This document shows positions 19,558 through 30,180 of a DNA stretch of 32,000 nt, in pieces (position 1 is the stretch's first letter; each line of letters begins with the position of its first letter). The stretch comes from Prochlorococcus marinus str. NATL2A. GTDB lineage: Bacteria; Cyanobacteriota; Cyanobacteriia; PCC-6307; Cyanobiaceae. The position numbers and the translations under genes were made by a program. The stretch is from positions 1 through 32,000 of the forward strand of contig NC_007335.2 of NCBI RefSeq assembly GCF_000012465.1, in the 5' to 3' direction. The notes under the pieces are model-generated. The model searched no databases. It was not told the origin of the DNA and saw nothing but the letters and a program-made list of their open reading frames with translations.

Positions 19558-20688
19558 ATGGCTGATTTTTACGATCTATTGGGTGTCAGCAGAGATGCTG
19601 ATGCTGACACTTTAAAAAGAGCTTATAGACAGCAAGCTCGGAAATATCACCCTGACGTCAACAAGGAAGCGGGTGCAGAGGATAAGTTCAAAGAAATAGG
19701 CAAAGCATATGAAGTTTTAAGCGACTCTCAAAAGCGAGCTCGTTACGACCAATTTGGAGAAGCTGGAATAGGTGGAGCTGCTGGCATGCCGGATATGGGA
19801 GACATGGGCGGCTTTGCAGATTTGTTTGATACCTTTTTTAATGGCTTTGGTGGTGCTAGTTCAGCTGGAGGTTCTCGCCCTCAAAGACGAGGACCACAAC
19901 AAGGAGACGATTTACGTTACGACCTAACGATTGATTTTGATAAAGCTATTTTTGGACAAGAAAAAGAGATTACGGTCCCTCATTTAGAAACTTGTGATGT
20001 TTGCAGAGGCACTGGGGCTAAGAAAGGCACTGGTCCTGTTACTTGTTCTACATGTAGTGGTGCAGGTCAAGTAAGAAGAGCGACTCGTACACCTTTTGGA
20101 AGTTTTACTCAAGTAGCTGAATGTCCAACCTGTGGTGGTACTGGACAAGTGATTAAAGATCCTTGTAATGCTTGTGGAGGGAAAGGGGTTAAACAAGTAA
20201 GAAAAAAATTAAAAATTAATATTCCTGCTGGAGTTGATAGCGGAACACGATTAAGAGTCTCAGGAGAGGGTAATGCTGGATTAAAGGGTGGTCCATCGGG
20301 AGATCTATATGTTTTTTTAAAAGTTAAAAATCATCCTAATTTAAAGAGAGATGGATTGATAATTTTATCTGAAGTTAATATTAGTTACCTGCAGGCAATT
20401 TTAGGAGATACTATTGAAATAGAAACTGTAGATGGCCCTACTAAGTTGCAAATTCCAGCAGGAACCCAACCTAACTCTATTTTGAATTTAGAAAATAAAG
20501 GAGTGCCGAAACTAGGCAATCCAGTTGCTAGAGGTAATCATCAAGTCTCAGTAAAGATTAAATTACCTACAAAATTATCAGATTCTGAAAGAAATTTATT
20601 AGAAGAATTAGCTGGACATTACTCTGCACGTGGACCTCAACATCATTATCATAAAAGTGGCTTATTCAGTAAGTTATTTGGCAAATAA
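19558..20688 (+). CDS. dnaJ: Molecular chaperone DnaJ (type I)
   Basis: The J-domain has YHPD. A G/F-rich linker is followed by four CxxCxGxG zinc-finger repeats ([32 protein letters not shown]). Length is 376 aa. Confidence 0.95.
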   Translation: MADFYDLLGVSRDADADTLKRAYRQQARKYHPDVNKEAGAEDKFKEIGKAYEVLSDSQKRARYDQFGEAGIGGAAGMPDMGDMGGFADLFDTFFNGFGGASSAGGSRPQRRGPQQGDDLRYDLTIDFDKAIFGQEKEITVPHLETCDVCRGTGAKKGTGPVTCSTCSGAGQVRRATRTPFGSFTQVAECPTCGGTGQVIKDPCNACGGKGVKQVRKKLKINIPAGVDSGTRLRVSGEGNAGLKGGPSGDLYVFLKVKNHPNLKRDGLIILSEVNISYLQAILGDTIEIETVDGPTKLQIPAGTQPNSILNLENKGVPKLGNPVARGNHQVSVKIKLPTKLSDSERNLLEELAGHYSARGPQHHYHKSGLFSKLFGK

Positions 20689-20690
20689 TA

Positions 20691-20930
20691 GTGGAAAAAA
20701 ATATCTTCATTGATCATTATTTAAATTTGAGTGGCCTTGCTTGCCCAGTAAATTTTGTTAAATGTTGTCTGGTTTTAGAAAACTTATCGTCAAATCAAGT
20801 TTTAAAAGTTGACCTTGACATAGGCGAAGCTGAAACTAGTGTTATTGATGGTTTACAAGAGAAGGGTTATAAAGTAAAAATATTGAATAAAGATTCTAAA
20901 ATAGTGACTTTGATAGTATCGAGTGAATAA
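20691..20930 (+). CDS. TusA/SirA-like small sulfurtransferase-fold protein
   Basis: The 79-aa ORF has a GTG start 2 nt after the dnaJ stop. LNLSGLACPVNFVKC resembles the TusA LxxxGLxCPxP motif, with Asn replacing the second Pro. An L-V-D segment and a C-terminal G-Y-K-V follow. Confidence 0.7.
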   Translation: MEKNIFIDHYLNLSGLACPVNFVKCCLVLENLSSNQVLKVDLDIGEAETSVIDGLQEKGYKVKILNKDSKIVTLIVSSE

Positions 20931-21861
20931 AAATAAATCTAATAAATTAAAAGGTATTGTTGTTGCACTTAAGGCAAATTTTTTAATCGTAGAGATTGAC
21001 CATAAAAATTTTAAAGATCATTCATTTGATCAATTTTACGGGAAAATTAGACTTTTATGTATACGAAGAAGTAAATTAAATTATCAAGGTTTATTTATAG
21101 ATGTAGGTGATATAGTTTGTGTCGAGTCTATAGATTATAAAAACAAACGAGCTGTAGTTTCTGATGTAGAGCCTAGACAAAGTTTCTTAAAGCGTCCAGC
21201 AGTGGCAAATGTTACATTAGTTTCTATTTGCATCTCAGCTGACGAGCCTTTATTTGATATGGAGCAAACAAGCCGTTTTTTATTAACAGCTGAATGTGCA
21301 AATATAGAGCCATTGATAATTTTAACCAAAATAGATTTAATTACAAAGAATGATTTGATTTTATATATAAATAAATTTAAATCTTGGGGGTATGATTGTA
21401 TACCAGTATCTATACATAATTCTCAGGGTATTGATTCATTAATAGAACGATTGCGAAAAACAAAATTAACTGTTCTTGCTGGTCCTTCTGGAGTAGGAAA
21501 GACAAGTTTAATTAATCATTTAATCCCAACTGTTTCACTACCTACTTCATCTGTTTCAAAAAAATTAAAGAGAGGTACACATACGACTAGGCATGTGGAA
21601 CTTTTTGCTATTGGAAATGGATCACTTCTTGCTGATACGCCGGGGTTTAATCGTCCGGAAATAGTATGTGAGCCATCTGATTTTGCTTTTTTGTTCCCAG
21701 AGTTTCGAACTCAGTTAAGCAATTCACAATGCAAGTTCCGAAATTGTTTGCATAGAGATGAACCTGGTTGTGTAATTGATAAGGATCTTGAAAGATATCC
21801 TTTTTATCGTCAGAACCTTGAAGAAATGATTAATTCTCCTCTCCCATACCAGGCAGGTTAA
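20923..21861 (+). CDS. rsgA: Ribosome small-subunit-dependent GTPase A
   Basis: A circularly permuted GTPase with TKIDL (G4) preceding [12 protein letters not shown] (G1), plus DTPGF and the C-terminal zinc knuckle [14 protein letters not shown]. The GTG start overlaps the preceding ORF by 8 nt. Confidence 0.9.
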   Translation: MNKNKSNKLKGIVVALKANFLIVEIDHKNFKDHSFDQFYGKIRLLCIRRSKLNYQGLFIDVGDIVCVESIDYKNKRAVVSDVEPRQSFLKRPAVANVTLVSICISADEPLFDMEQTSRFLLTAECANIEPLIILTKIDLITKNDLILYINKFKSWGYDCIPVSIHNSQGIDSLIERLRKTKLTVLAGPSGVGKTSLINHLIPTVSLPTSSVSKKLKRGTHTTRHVELFAIGNGSLLADTPGFNRPEIVCEPSDFAFLFPEFRTQLSNSQCKFRNCLHRDEPGCVIDKDLERYPFYRQNLEEMINSPLPYQAG

Positions 21862-22177
21862 GTTTGAACCCGCCGGTCAAATCTTCCATTCGTTCTTTCA
21901 TAGTCGAAGTTGAAACTTCGTGAGCAGATTTCATAGCATCTAGTATGGCTTCTTCGATTATTGCTTTTCCTTCAGAAAGAAGAGAAGGGTCAATTTCTAC
22001 TCTTAAAGGCTTTTGATTCCCTGACATCCATATCTTTGCCCTATTGTCATCATTTGTTCCTTCTATCTCCATAACCTCAAGCTCTTCTTGAAGTTTTTGG
22101 GCATTTTGCTGAATTTGTTGTGCTTTTTTGAAAGCTTCAGTGAGTTGTCCAAAATTTGGTAGTCCGAATCCAGCCAT
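21830..22177 (-). CDS. ybaB: Nucleoid-associated protein, YbaB/EbfC family
   Basis: The 115-aa ORF has an N-terminus ([32 protein letters not shown]) and length typical of YbaB. Its 3' end overlaps the rsgA 3' end by 32 nt. Confidence 0.85.
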   Translation of the reverse strand: MAGFGLPNFGQLTEAFKKAQQIQQNAQKLQEELEVMEIEGTNDDNRAKIWMSGNQKPLRVEIDPSLLSEGKAIIEEAILDAMKSAHEVSTSTMKERMEDLTGGFKLNLPGMGEEN

Positions 22178-22214
22178 GAGAATTTCCTATTGTTATTGAG
22201 TTTAGGGTTTAAAT

Positions 22215-23090
22215 TTAAAAGCCACATTGTTTAACTTCTGTTTCTAACAAGATTCCATAAGAATCAAAAACTCTTTTTTTGACATATTTAATCAATTCTC
22301 TGACGTCATTAGAGGAAGCTTGGTTTGCGTTAATTATAAAATTTGAATGTATTTTAGATATTTCAGCTCCACCAAAACGAAATCCTTTTAAACCAAGTTC
22401 TTCAATTAATTTTGCAGCTTTCAAAGGTTCTGGATTACGAAAAACACTGCCGCAGGTTTGAGCTTGATAAGGTTGAGTTTTTAATCGATGATTTAAGTTT
22501 TCATTTGTAACCTGTCGAATTTCTTTTGCATGACCTGATGCCAGCTTGAGTCGAGCAGATACGACAATTAATTTTTCATTTTGAAGCAGACTTTGTCGGT
22601 ATCCAAAGTTTAGATCTTTTCCTTTGATCCTTTGGTATTCACCTGTCAAAGATAGCGTTGTAATACTTTCGAGATAGCTAGATATGCAATGTTCTTGTGC
22701 TCCTGCATTCATAACTACTGCCCCACCAATTGTTCCTGGTATTCCTACAGCCCATTCGAAGCCATGAAGTCCACTTGCAGCAGCTTTTCTGGCCAAAGTA
22801 GGAAGCATTTCACCGCTAAGGACTTCGATAATTCCATTATTTTTATCAATTTCAATTCCTTTGAAATTACGCATACATAGACTTAAACCTTTAATTCCTT
22901 TGTCATTGATTAAAAGGTTTGATCCAGCACCAATAACACTGCAAGGAATTTTTTTCTTATTTGTCCAATTAATTACATATTTAAGTTCTTCAATATTTTT
23001 TGGTTGAGCAATCCATTCTGCAGGACCACCTATTCCCCAAGTAGTGAAATTTGATAAGGAAATATTTTTCTCTAATTTAATGGAATTCAT
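22215..23090 (-). CDS. murB: UDP-N-acetylenolpyruvoylglucosamine reductase
   Basis: The 291-aa ORF has FTTWGIGGPAEW, IGAGSNLL, GIPGTIGGAVVMNAG and CGSVFRNP. Confidence 0.93.
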   Translation of the reverse strand: MNSIKLEKNISLSNFTTWGIGGPAEWIAQPKNIEELKYVINWTNKKKIPCSVIGAGSNLLINDKGIKGLSLCMRNFKGIEIDKNNGIIEVLSGEMLPTLARKAAASGLHGFEWAVGIPGTIGGAVVMNAGAQEHCISSYLESITTLSLTGEYQRIKGKDLNFGYRQSLLQNEKLIVVSARLKLASGHAKEIRQVTNENLNHRLKTQPYQAQTCGSVFRNPEPLKAAKLIEELGLKGFRFGGAEISKIHSNFIINANQASSNDVRELIKYVKKRVFDSYGILLETEVKQCGF

Positions 23091-23093
23091 TTA

Positions 23094-24578
23094 TTAAGCG
23101 GCTATATCATTGCTGATTAATTTATTATTGATTAACTCTAAAAATAGATTTTCACTTATTAGATTAATATCTCCTGCGCCCATAATTAAAATCAAGTCGT
23201 TTTCAATTGTCTGTTCTTTTATTAGTTTTATCAAATTTTGATTGTTATCTGGAGTATATATTTCTAGGTTCGGATTGATTTTTTTTAACTCATGTCCAAT
23301 ACTCTTATTATTTATTCCTTCGATTTTATCTTCTCCAGCAGAGTAAATTGGAGTTATAAATACTAAATCAGATTTACTTAGACTTTTTGCAAATTCCTTT
23401 TGAAACTTTTTAGTTCTACTATATCGATGCGGCTGAAAGATCGTAACTATTCTTCTTGGTAATATTTTTGAGAGTTTATGTTTTGTCTCAATAATAGTAG
23501 ATGCAATCGATATTGCAGCATCAATTTCGCTCGGATGATGAGCATAATCCTCAACTATTAATCTGTTTCTCCATAATCCTTTAAATTCAAATCTTCTTGA
23601 AGGTAGCTTCAATTTTTCAATTCCTTTTTTTATATCTTTGAAAAGAATGCCAGCAACTCTACATGCAGCTATAGCAGCTGCTGCATTGCTTAAATTGTGT
23701 ATTCCAGGAACAGGTATTTTTATAACATCAATAAACTTTTCTTTTTCATAATACTCCGCAATAATTTCACATCCATTAGATTCTTTCGGGATCAGTGCAA
23801 AATCTATATTAATAATTTTTTGAATCGAAAACCATTTAGAACCATGTATATTATCTCTAAGATTATCACAGTCAAAATTGGTAATCAGGCATTCACACTT
23901 TTGAGCAAACTGTTTCATTGTTTCTATTAAATCTTCTAGATCTAGATAATGATCAACATGTTCAAGTTCTAAATTCGTGATTAATCCGATATTTGGATTA
24001 AACTTTACTAATGATCCATCTGATTCATCTGCTTCTGCGATTAAAAATTCACTATTACCACAACTGTAGTTGCTTTTGTAGAGAGGCACAATGCCGCCAA
24101 TGATAGCCGTCGGACTCTTATTTGCATATGAAAATAATGTTGTAATGTAAGTACTTGTAGTTGTTTTACCATGAGATCCTGAGACGATTATTGATTTTTT
24201 TTGTTCAATTAAAAAGGCTAATATTTCAGAACGATGCTTGATTTTTAAATTATATTTTTTTGCTTTACATAATTCAAAATTATCTTGATGTATTGCTGAA
24301 CTTTTAACAACTAATATGTTTTTCCCATGGACTTTAAGAATTTCATCAATATTCGATTCTACTTGGGTTGGAAAGATGTGGACTTTGTTTTCTTCTAATT
24401 TTTTTAAAGTTAGGTTTTTTTTCTGGTCAGAGCCAGATATTGAATATCCTTTTTGAGCGAGAATCATTGCTAGAGCAGACATACCAATACCTCCGATTCC
24501 TATAAAATGAATATGAGGTGGTAAGTCCTTTGTCTTCTTCAATTTCGCTTCAGTGTCGTTAGAAAGATAACTCTTCAT
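23094..24578 (-). CDS. murC: UDP-N-acetylmuramate--L-alanine ligase
   Basis: The 494-aa ORF has [24 protein letters not shown] and the Mur-ligase middle and C-terminal domains (DYAHHPSEI). Its stop lies 3 nt from the murB start. Confidence 0.93.
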
Positions 24579-24727
24579 TGATATAAAGGCACATTTTTTA
24601 AAGAATTAGAGAGTTTTTGTACTTTTTATTTCCTTAACGCTTCAATTATTTTTCAAAATGCACAGAAAATGATCATCGTTCTGTATGATCAGCGGCCAGT
24701 AGCTTGTGCGGTTTTACCGTTTTTGAA

Positions 24728-25750
24728 ATGACTTTGCGTGTAGCGATTAATGGATTCGGAAGAATTGGACGCAATTTTATGCGTTGTTGGCTGAGTAGGG
24801 GTGCAAATACAAATATTGAAGTGGTCGGCATTAACGTCACTTCTGATCCAAAAACTTGTGCACATTTGCTCAAATATGACTCTATTCTAGGTGCTATTAA
24901 AGACGCCGAAATTTCACATACGGACGATACATTTCAAATTAATGGCAAAACTATAAAATGTTATTCAGATAGAAACCCTTTAAATCTTCCTTGGAAAGAG
25001 TGGGGAATTGATTTAGTAATTGAGTCAACAGGTGTATTCAATACAGATGTTGGTGCTAGTAAGCATCTACAAGTTGGGGCCAAGAAGGTAATTCTTACTG
25101 CACCTGGGAAGGGTGATGGTGTAGGTACTTATGTAGTTGGTGTTAACGCTGATTCATACTCTCATGAAGATTTTGATATCCTTAGCAATGCAAGTTGCAC
25201 CACCAATTGTTTAGCGCCAATCGTAAAAGTTTTAGATCAAAAGTTGGGGATTAATAAAGGCTTAATGACCACGATTCATAGTTATACGGGAGATCAAAGA
25301 ATTCTTGACAATGCTCATCGTGATTTACGTCGCGCAAGAGCAGCAGCAATGAATTTGGTCCCTACTTCAACTGGTGCGGCAAAGGCTGTTGCTCTTGTTT
25401 ATCCACAAATGAAAGGGAAACTAACTGGTATTGCGATGCGAGTCCCTACACCTAATGTTTCTGCGGTTGATTTGGTTTTTGAATCAGGACGTAAAACTAG
25501 TGCTGAAGAGGTCAATTCATTACTTAAAACCGCTTCACAGGGAGAAATGAAAGGAATCATTAAATATGGTGATTTGCCTCTGGTTTCTACTGACTATGCG
25601 GGAACGAATGAATCAACCATTGTTGATGAAGCATTAACAATGTGCATCGATGACAATATGGTCAAAGTCTTAGCTTGGTATGACAATGAGTGGGGTTACA
25701 GTCAAAGGGTAGTTGACTTGGCTGAAATTGTTGCCCAAAAATGGAAGTAA
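24728..25750 (+). CDS. gap2: Glyceraldehyde-3-phosphate dehydrogenase, Calvin-cycle (GapA/Gap2) type
   Basis: [21 protein letters not shown] is a chloroplast GapA-like N-terminus. Also present are [12 protein letters not shown] and WYDNEWGYS. The ORF track starts at a TTG at 24704; the ATG at 24728 gives the canonical N-terminus. Confidence 0.93.
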   Translation: MTLRVAINGFGRIGRNFMRCWLSRGANTNIEVVGINVTSDPKTCAHLLKYDSILGAIKDAEISHTDDTFQINGKTIKCYSDRNPLNLPWKEWGIDLVIESTGVFNTDVGASKHLQVGAKKVILTAPGKGDGVGTYVVGVNADSYSHEDFDILSNASCTTNCLAPIVKVLDQKLGINKGLMTTIHSYTGDQRILDNAHRDLRRARAAAMNLVPTSTGAAKAVALVYPQMKGKLTGIAMRVPTPNVSAVDLVFESGRKTSAEEVNSLLKTASQGEMKGIIKYGDLPLVSTDYAGTNESTIVDEALTMCIDDNMVKVLAWYDNEWGYSQRVVDLAEIVAQKWK

Positions 25751-25765
25751 AACTAAGTTCCAGCG

Positions 25766-26749
25766 TTAAAAATGTCGAAATAGACTTGATTGGCCAATTT
25801 TAGTTTTTTCTAAATTATCCCAGAAAATATTGGGTTTACCTTCTTTAATAAACCCAATAATTTTGGCAGATTTTAATTTATTTGATAATGATTTTGCCCA
25901 TTCTTTAGGAAGACTTAGTATCAATTCATAGTCCTCACCCCCATTCAGGAGCCATTCATCCCAAATATCATCTTTTGGCCAGTCAGTATCTTTGAGAATA
26001 GAAGTTTTTGATAAAACTGCTTGACAATTACTGGCTTGGCAAATACCTCTAATTGATTCAATTAGTCCATCGCTGCTATCAGTTCCTGCGGCTCTCCAAC
26101 TAATTGATTCAGGCTTACATGCTATTAAGGCTTTGAGTGCTTCTAAAGCAGGATATGGGCGTTTATGTGCGTTGATAGCCCTATTAATCAGCTCAGGACT
26201 TAATTGGGCTTCACTTGGTAGTTTCTGGGATGTTAAAAGGGCCAAGCCAAGCCTGCTTAATCCATGAAATCCAGTGCTAACAATGTAATCTCCAGGTAAA
26301 GCATTTCCTCTATGTAGTCTGGGGAGATTCATTTCTCCAATTGCTGTAATTGAAATCATTTTTGTTTCTCCGCTCGAGCAATCTCCACCGATTATTTCTC
26401 CTCCAAATTCTTGCATCGCTTCCAACATTCCTTCATATAGATTTTCAACCCATTTCCAATGTGTGTTTGGCGGCAAAACAAGTCCAACAGTAAAGGAAGT
26501 TATATTTTCTGAGCCGCTGCAAATAAGATCAGAAATATTTGTGGTAATACATTTCCAGCCAATATCTTTAGCATTAGATATTTCATCAGAAAAATGAATT
26601 TTTTCTACAAGTAAATCAGTATTAATTAATAAACTTTTATTTTTTGTATTTATTTCTGCGACATCATCATCTATTTGCCCACAGCTCATATATTTTTTTA
26701 AACGATTTAGTAATTCTATTTCACCTAAATCTTTAATAGTAGTTGTCAC
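25766..26749 (-). CDS. thiL: Thiamine-monophosphate kinase
   Basis: The 327-aa ORF has an AIR-synthase-like fold pattern: DDDVAEI, GGDCSSGE...ITAIG and GEDYELILSLP. Confidence 0.87.
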   Translation of the reverse strand: MTTTIKDLGEIELLNRLKKYMSCGQIDDDVAEINTKNKSLLINTDLLVEKIHFSDEISNAKDIGWKCITTNISDLICSGSENITSFTVGLVLPPNTHWKWVENLYEGMLEAMQEFGGEIIGGDCSSGETKMISITAIGEMNLPRLHRGNALPGDYIVSTGFHGLSRLGLALLTSQKLPSEAQLSPELINRAINAHKRPYPALEALKALIACKPESISWRAAGTDSSDGLIESIRGICQASNCQAVLSKTSILKDTDWPKDDIWDEWLLNGGEDYELILSLPKEWAKSLSNKLKSAKIIGFIKEGKPNIFWDNLEKTKIGQSSLFRHF

Positions 26750-26761
26750 TTTATTTCGAAT

Positions 26762-27838
26762 TTAAGCTTTAAGTTTTAGATTTTCTGAACCATTTAATAC
26801 TGTAATCGATATGATTTTATCATCTACTCCAAGTTTATTTAATATTTCTGCACCTTCTATTACGTAGCCAAAAGCTGCATTTCTTCCATCAATAAGATTA
26901 CGTCCAGCTGGATTTAATTCGGCTTCGTATAAGAAGAAGAAAAACTGCGACGAACCATCATTTAAATCAGTGTCAGAGTGCGCCCAGCCGAGTGTTCCTA
27001 AAGTTGCAAATGGAAGTACTGGAGTCTCAGTGTAAAGACCAACGTCTTCAAAAGTTTCGCCATAAAGTGTATCTTCCAAGCTAGATGTTCTTATTTCTAA
27101 TGGAACTCTTCTCAACTCATTATTATCAGGATCTATATATCCAATCGTTTCTCCTTTAGGATCCCCAGTCTGAAGAATAAAAAACTCTTCAGCCCTATTG
27201 ATTGGTAAACCATCGTAAAACCCTTTCATTGAAAGATCTATAAAGGCACCAGCTGTAAGTGGAGCATTGTAACCATCAATAATTGCATTCATACTTCCTT
27301 TTGATGTTTTAATTTCTACATTTGCTCTACCTAAAAGTCTTGGTAAATTATTATATTCACTGGGTATTTGATATGGGAAATCTTTTGTAATAAGAAGAGA
27401 TTCAATTTCATCAATTGTTTTTAAGCTTTGACGCCTTACGTCAAGAAATGAGACTTTATTTTTTTCGTTCGCTATTTGCCCTAACTCATCAAGCTCTTCT
27501 TTTAAATTAGAAATTAGTTTAGATGCATTTTCTTTGTTTTCCGCCGGCATTGAGTCAAGAATTTGATTTTTTTTGTTACTTACTAAAAATTGACTTCTTG
27601 AAGTGGCTTTGCTGATAGCCGACCATCGACTTCCTCGAAGATCCTGACTGGTGTCTTCTAGTTTGTTTTGTAATTCACGTAATTCTTTTTGCTCAATCGG
27701 TAAAGAATTTCTTAATATTGCGTATGGATCTTTCAATCGATTACCATTAGGAAGACTTGCAAAAGCAGGGTTAACCCATGGAGAGCCTAAAGAAAATAGG
27801 ATTGTTATCAGGGCAAGAATGCAAATCTTTTTCGCCAT
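26762..27838 (-). CDS. Exported cyclophilin-type peptidyl-prolyl isomerase (TLP40-like, long N-terminal helical domain)
   Basis: The signal peptide is MAKKICILALITILFSLGSPWVNPAFA|S. A coiled, charged N-domain is followed by a C-terminal cyclophilin core (FYDGLPINRAEEFFILQTGDP, SQFFFFL, FGYVIEG). Confidence 0.87.
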   Translation of the reverse strand: MAKKICILALITILFSLGSPWVNPAFASLPNGNRLKDPYAILRNSLPIEQKELRELQNKLEDTSQDLRGSRWSAISKATSRSQFLVSNKKNQILDSMPAENKENASKLISNLKEELDELGQIANEKNKVSFLDVRRQSLKTIDEIESLLITKDFPYQIPSEYNNLPRLLGRANVEIKTSKGSMNAIIDGYNAPLTAGAFIDLSMKGFYDGLPINRAEEFFILQTGDPKGETIGYIDPDNNELRRVPLEIRTSSLEDTLYGETFEDVGLYTETPVLPFATLGTLGWAHSDTDLNDGSSQFFFFLYEAELNPAGRNLIDGRNAAFGYVIEGAEILNKLGVDDKIISITVLNGSENLKLKA

Positions 27839-27901
27839 GTTAATTCTATGTTTTGCATGACTTTGGCACAGACTTATGATCGATTGGTATCTTTTGTGTG
27901 A

Positions 27902-28465
27902 ATGATTTCAAGTAACGACTTTCGCACTGGCACTACGATCGAGTTAGACGGTGCAGTTTGGCGTGTTATAGAATTTCTACATGTCAAGCCTGGAAAGGGT
28001 TCTGCGTTTGTTAGGACCAAATTAAAGGCTGTTGTGAGCGGTAATGTTGTCGAAAAAACTTTTAGAGCTGGAGAAATGGTTCCACAAGCTCTTTTGGAGA
28101 AATCAAAGTTGCAACACACATATATGGACGGAGATGATTTTGTATTTATGGATATGACTTCTTATGAAGAAACGCGTCTAACAGCTAAACAAATTGGTGA
28201 AAGCAGGAAATATCTAAAGGAAGGGATGGAGGTTAATGTAGTGTCTTGGAATGAAAAACCTCTTGAAGTTGAATTGCCCAACTCAGTTGTTTTAGAAATA
28301 AAAGAAACTGATCCTGGCGTCAAAGGTGACACTGCTTCTGGAGGAACAAAGCCTGCAATCTTGGAAACAGGAGCCCAAGTTATGGTCCCATTATTTATTT
28401 CAATTGGTGAGAAAATTCGAGTAGATACTCGAAATGACAGTTATCTAGGCCGAGAGACACAATGA
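27902..28465 (+). CDS. efp: Translation elongation factor P
   Basis: [17 protein letters not shown], the [15 protein letters not shown] loop and the C-terminal GEKIRVDTR. Length is 187 aa. Confidence 0.95.
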   Translation: MISSNDFRTGTTIELDGAVWRVIEFLHVKPGKGSAFVRTKLKAVVSGNVVEKTFRAGEMVPQALLEKSKLQHTYMDGDDFVFMDMTSYEETRLTAKQIGESRKYLKEGMEVNVVSWNEKPLEVELPNSVVLEIKETDPGVKGDTASGGTKPAILETGAQVMVPLFISIGEKIRVDTRNDSYLGRETQ

Positions 28466-28959
28466 CTATGAATCTTGATCACGAAGAGCTTCATCGCTTG
28501 TTGGCCACTTTAGCTGAGAGTGACATTCAAGAGTTTCGACTTGAGGGAGAAGACTTTTGCCTGGAAGTTAAACGTAATCTTGAGACTTCATCAGATTCAA
28601 TAGCTTCTAATAAGAAAATCACTTCAGACGATATTGAATCACCACCACCTCAATCTAAAATTGACACTCTTCCAGTACCTAGCACTCCGCCTCCTTCAGT
28701 GCCAGGTTCACGCTCTGACTTGGTTGAAGTAACTGCTCCTATGGTTGGGACCTTTTATCGTGCACCAGGCCCAGAAGAGCCTCCTTTCGTGGAGATTGGA
28801 TCGAGAATCAATGTGGGGCAGGCTGTATGTATTCTTGAAGCAATGAAATTAATGAACGAATTAGAATCAGAGGTAAGTGGTGAAGTAATTGAAATTCTTG
28901 TAGAGAACGGAACACCAGTCGAGTTTGGTCAAGTTTTAATGAGATTAAAACCTGTGTAA
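28462..28959 (+). CDS. accB: Acetyl-CoA carboxylase biotin carboxyl carrier protein
   Basis: A Pro/Ser-rich linker is followed by the biotinyl domain with [11 protein letters not shown]. An ATGA overlap joins it to efp, and an alternative ATG lies at 28468. Confidence 0.93.
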   Translation: MTMNLDHEELHRLLATLAESDIQEFRLEGEDFCLEVKRNLETSSDSIASNKKITSDDIESPPPQSKIDTLPVPSTPPPSVPGSRSDLVEVTAPMVGTFYRAPGPEEPPFVEIGSRINVGQAVCILEAMKLMNELESEVSGEVIEILVENGTPVEFGQVLMRLKPV

Positions 28960-28969
28960 AAGTTTTTAC

Positions 28970-29995
28970 TTATTGAGACAGAAGCCAAGCGTTATTCAAT
29001 GCTGCAACCATACTTTTTTCTCTTGCCTTGAACATTCCTGCAATATCAAGAGCTGTCCCATGATCAGGTGATGTTCTTGCAAAAGGCAACCCAAGAGTTG
29101 TGTTAACGGCTTCATCAAAAGCAATTAGCTTGACAGGGATCAGACCTTGATCGTGATACAAAGCGAGTATTCCATCAGGTGCATTGTTTTTAATTGAGGC
29201 CCCATTCCATGCATTTACTGATGAAATCCAACAGGTATCTGGAGGGATGGGCCCAATAATTTTTATGTCTGGATTATCTAATTTCCATTCATCTAAAATA
29301 GGAATAATTAAGTTTTGTTCTTCCATACCAATTTTTCCTTCTTCCCCAGCATGTGGATTTAAGCCGGCTATTTGTATTGATGGCTTCTCTTTGAACTTAC
29401 GACAGAAATTCAACAAGGTATCTAATTTATGTCTAATCAATTCTTTGGTTAAAGTATCATTTATTTTATTAAGTGGTATATGTGTTGTAGCTAATAAAGT
29501 ATTAAATCTCCATCCATTATTTGGTGAAATTGCTGTAAAAAGCATAGATGTTTTTTTGTTAGTTAATTTACCCAATAACTCAGTTTGACCTGCAAATTTA
29601 TGCCCAGCTTTATGCCAAGCAATTTTAGAAATAGGTGCTGTTACTAGAGCATTAGCTTTTCCTTTTAAAAGTATATTAGTTGCATTCACAAGCCATTTAA
29701 AGCTTGCAGACCCAGTATATTCGTCAACTATTCCTGGAATAACTTTATTTTCTAAAGGGATATCAATAATATGAAGTTTGTTTGGATCGGGAATATTATC
29801 TATTCCATATTTAATTAATTTTGAATAGGTTTCATGAATATTATTTTTGCATCCTACAAGTAAAGGCTTTATATTTTTATTTAGGCTTTTAGATCCAAGA
29901 GCTTTTAATGTTATTTCAGTCCCTATTCCTGCCGGATCTCCTAATGAAATAATAAGTGTAGTTCTATTTTCTTTTGTAAGTTGAGATTTTTGCAT
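28970..29995 (-). CDS. pdxA: 4-hydroxythreonine-4-phosphate dehydrogenase
   Basis: The 341-aa ORF has GDPAGIGTEI, GLNPHAGE, YHDQGLIP and TSPDHGTALDIAG. Confidence 0.92.
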   Translation of the reverse strand: MQKSQLTKENRTTLIISLGDPAGIGTEITLKALGSKSLNKNIKPLLVGCKNNIHETYSKLIKYGIDNIPDPNKLHIIDIPLENKVIPGIVDEYTGSASFKWLVNATNILLKGKANALVTAPISKIAWHKAGHKFAGQTELLGKLTNKKTSMLFTAISPNNGWRFNTLLATTHIPLNKINDTLTKELIRHKLDTLLNFCRKFKEKPSIQIAGLNPHAGEEGKIGMEEQNLIIPILDEWKLDNPDIKIIGPIPPDTCWISSVNAWNGASIKNNAPDGILALYHDQGLIPVKLIAFDEAVNTTLGLPFARTSPDHGTALDIAGMFKAREKSMVAALNNAWLLSQ

Positions 29996-30180
29996 GTTTT
30001 GATGTTTTCTTGGGGTTTTGATTTTTTAGCCAAGTTATTTGTAATAGTTGGCTTGGAATAGATTGGAATAAGTTTTTATAATCTTGGATTTACTTCATTA
30101 GAATTTCATTATCTATTAAACTAAATTAAAGTGACTATTTAAAATACATGGGCTAATGATAAGTTGAAAAATAGAGACTA

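Noticed and set aside
24704-24727. An N-terminal extension of gap2 (MCGFTVFE...) starting at the TTG used by the ORF track.
   Set aside because: GAPDH proteins begin a few residues before INGFGRIGR. The in-frame ATG at 24728 gives the canonical [15 protein letters not shown] start, so the extension is probably an ORF-calling artefact.
30028-30053. An inverted repeat, AGCCAA-N14-TTGGCT, in the SDR/pdxA spacer, considered as a possible terminator for the SDR gene.
   Set aside because: On the transcribed minus strand the stem is followed by an A-run rather than a U-run. The stem is only 6 bp and the loop is large.
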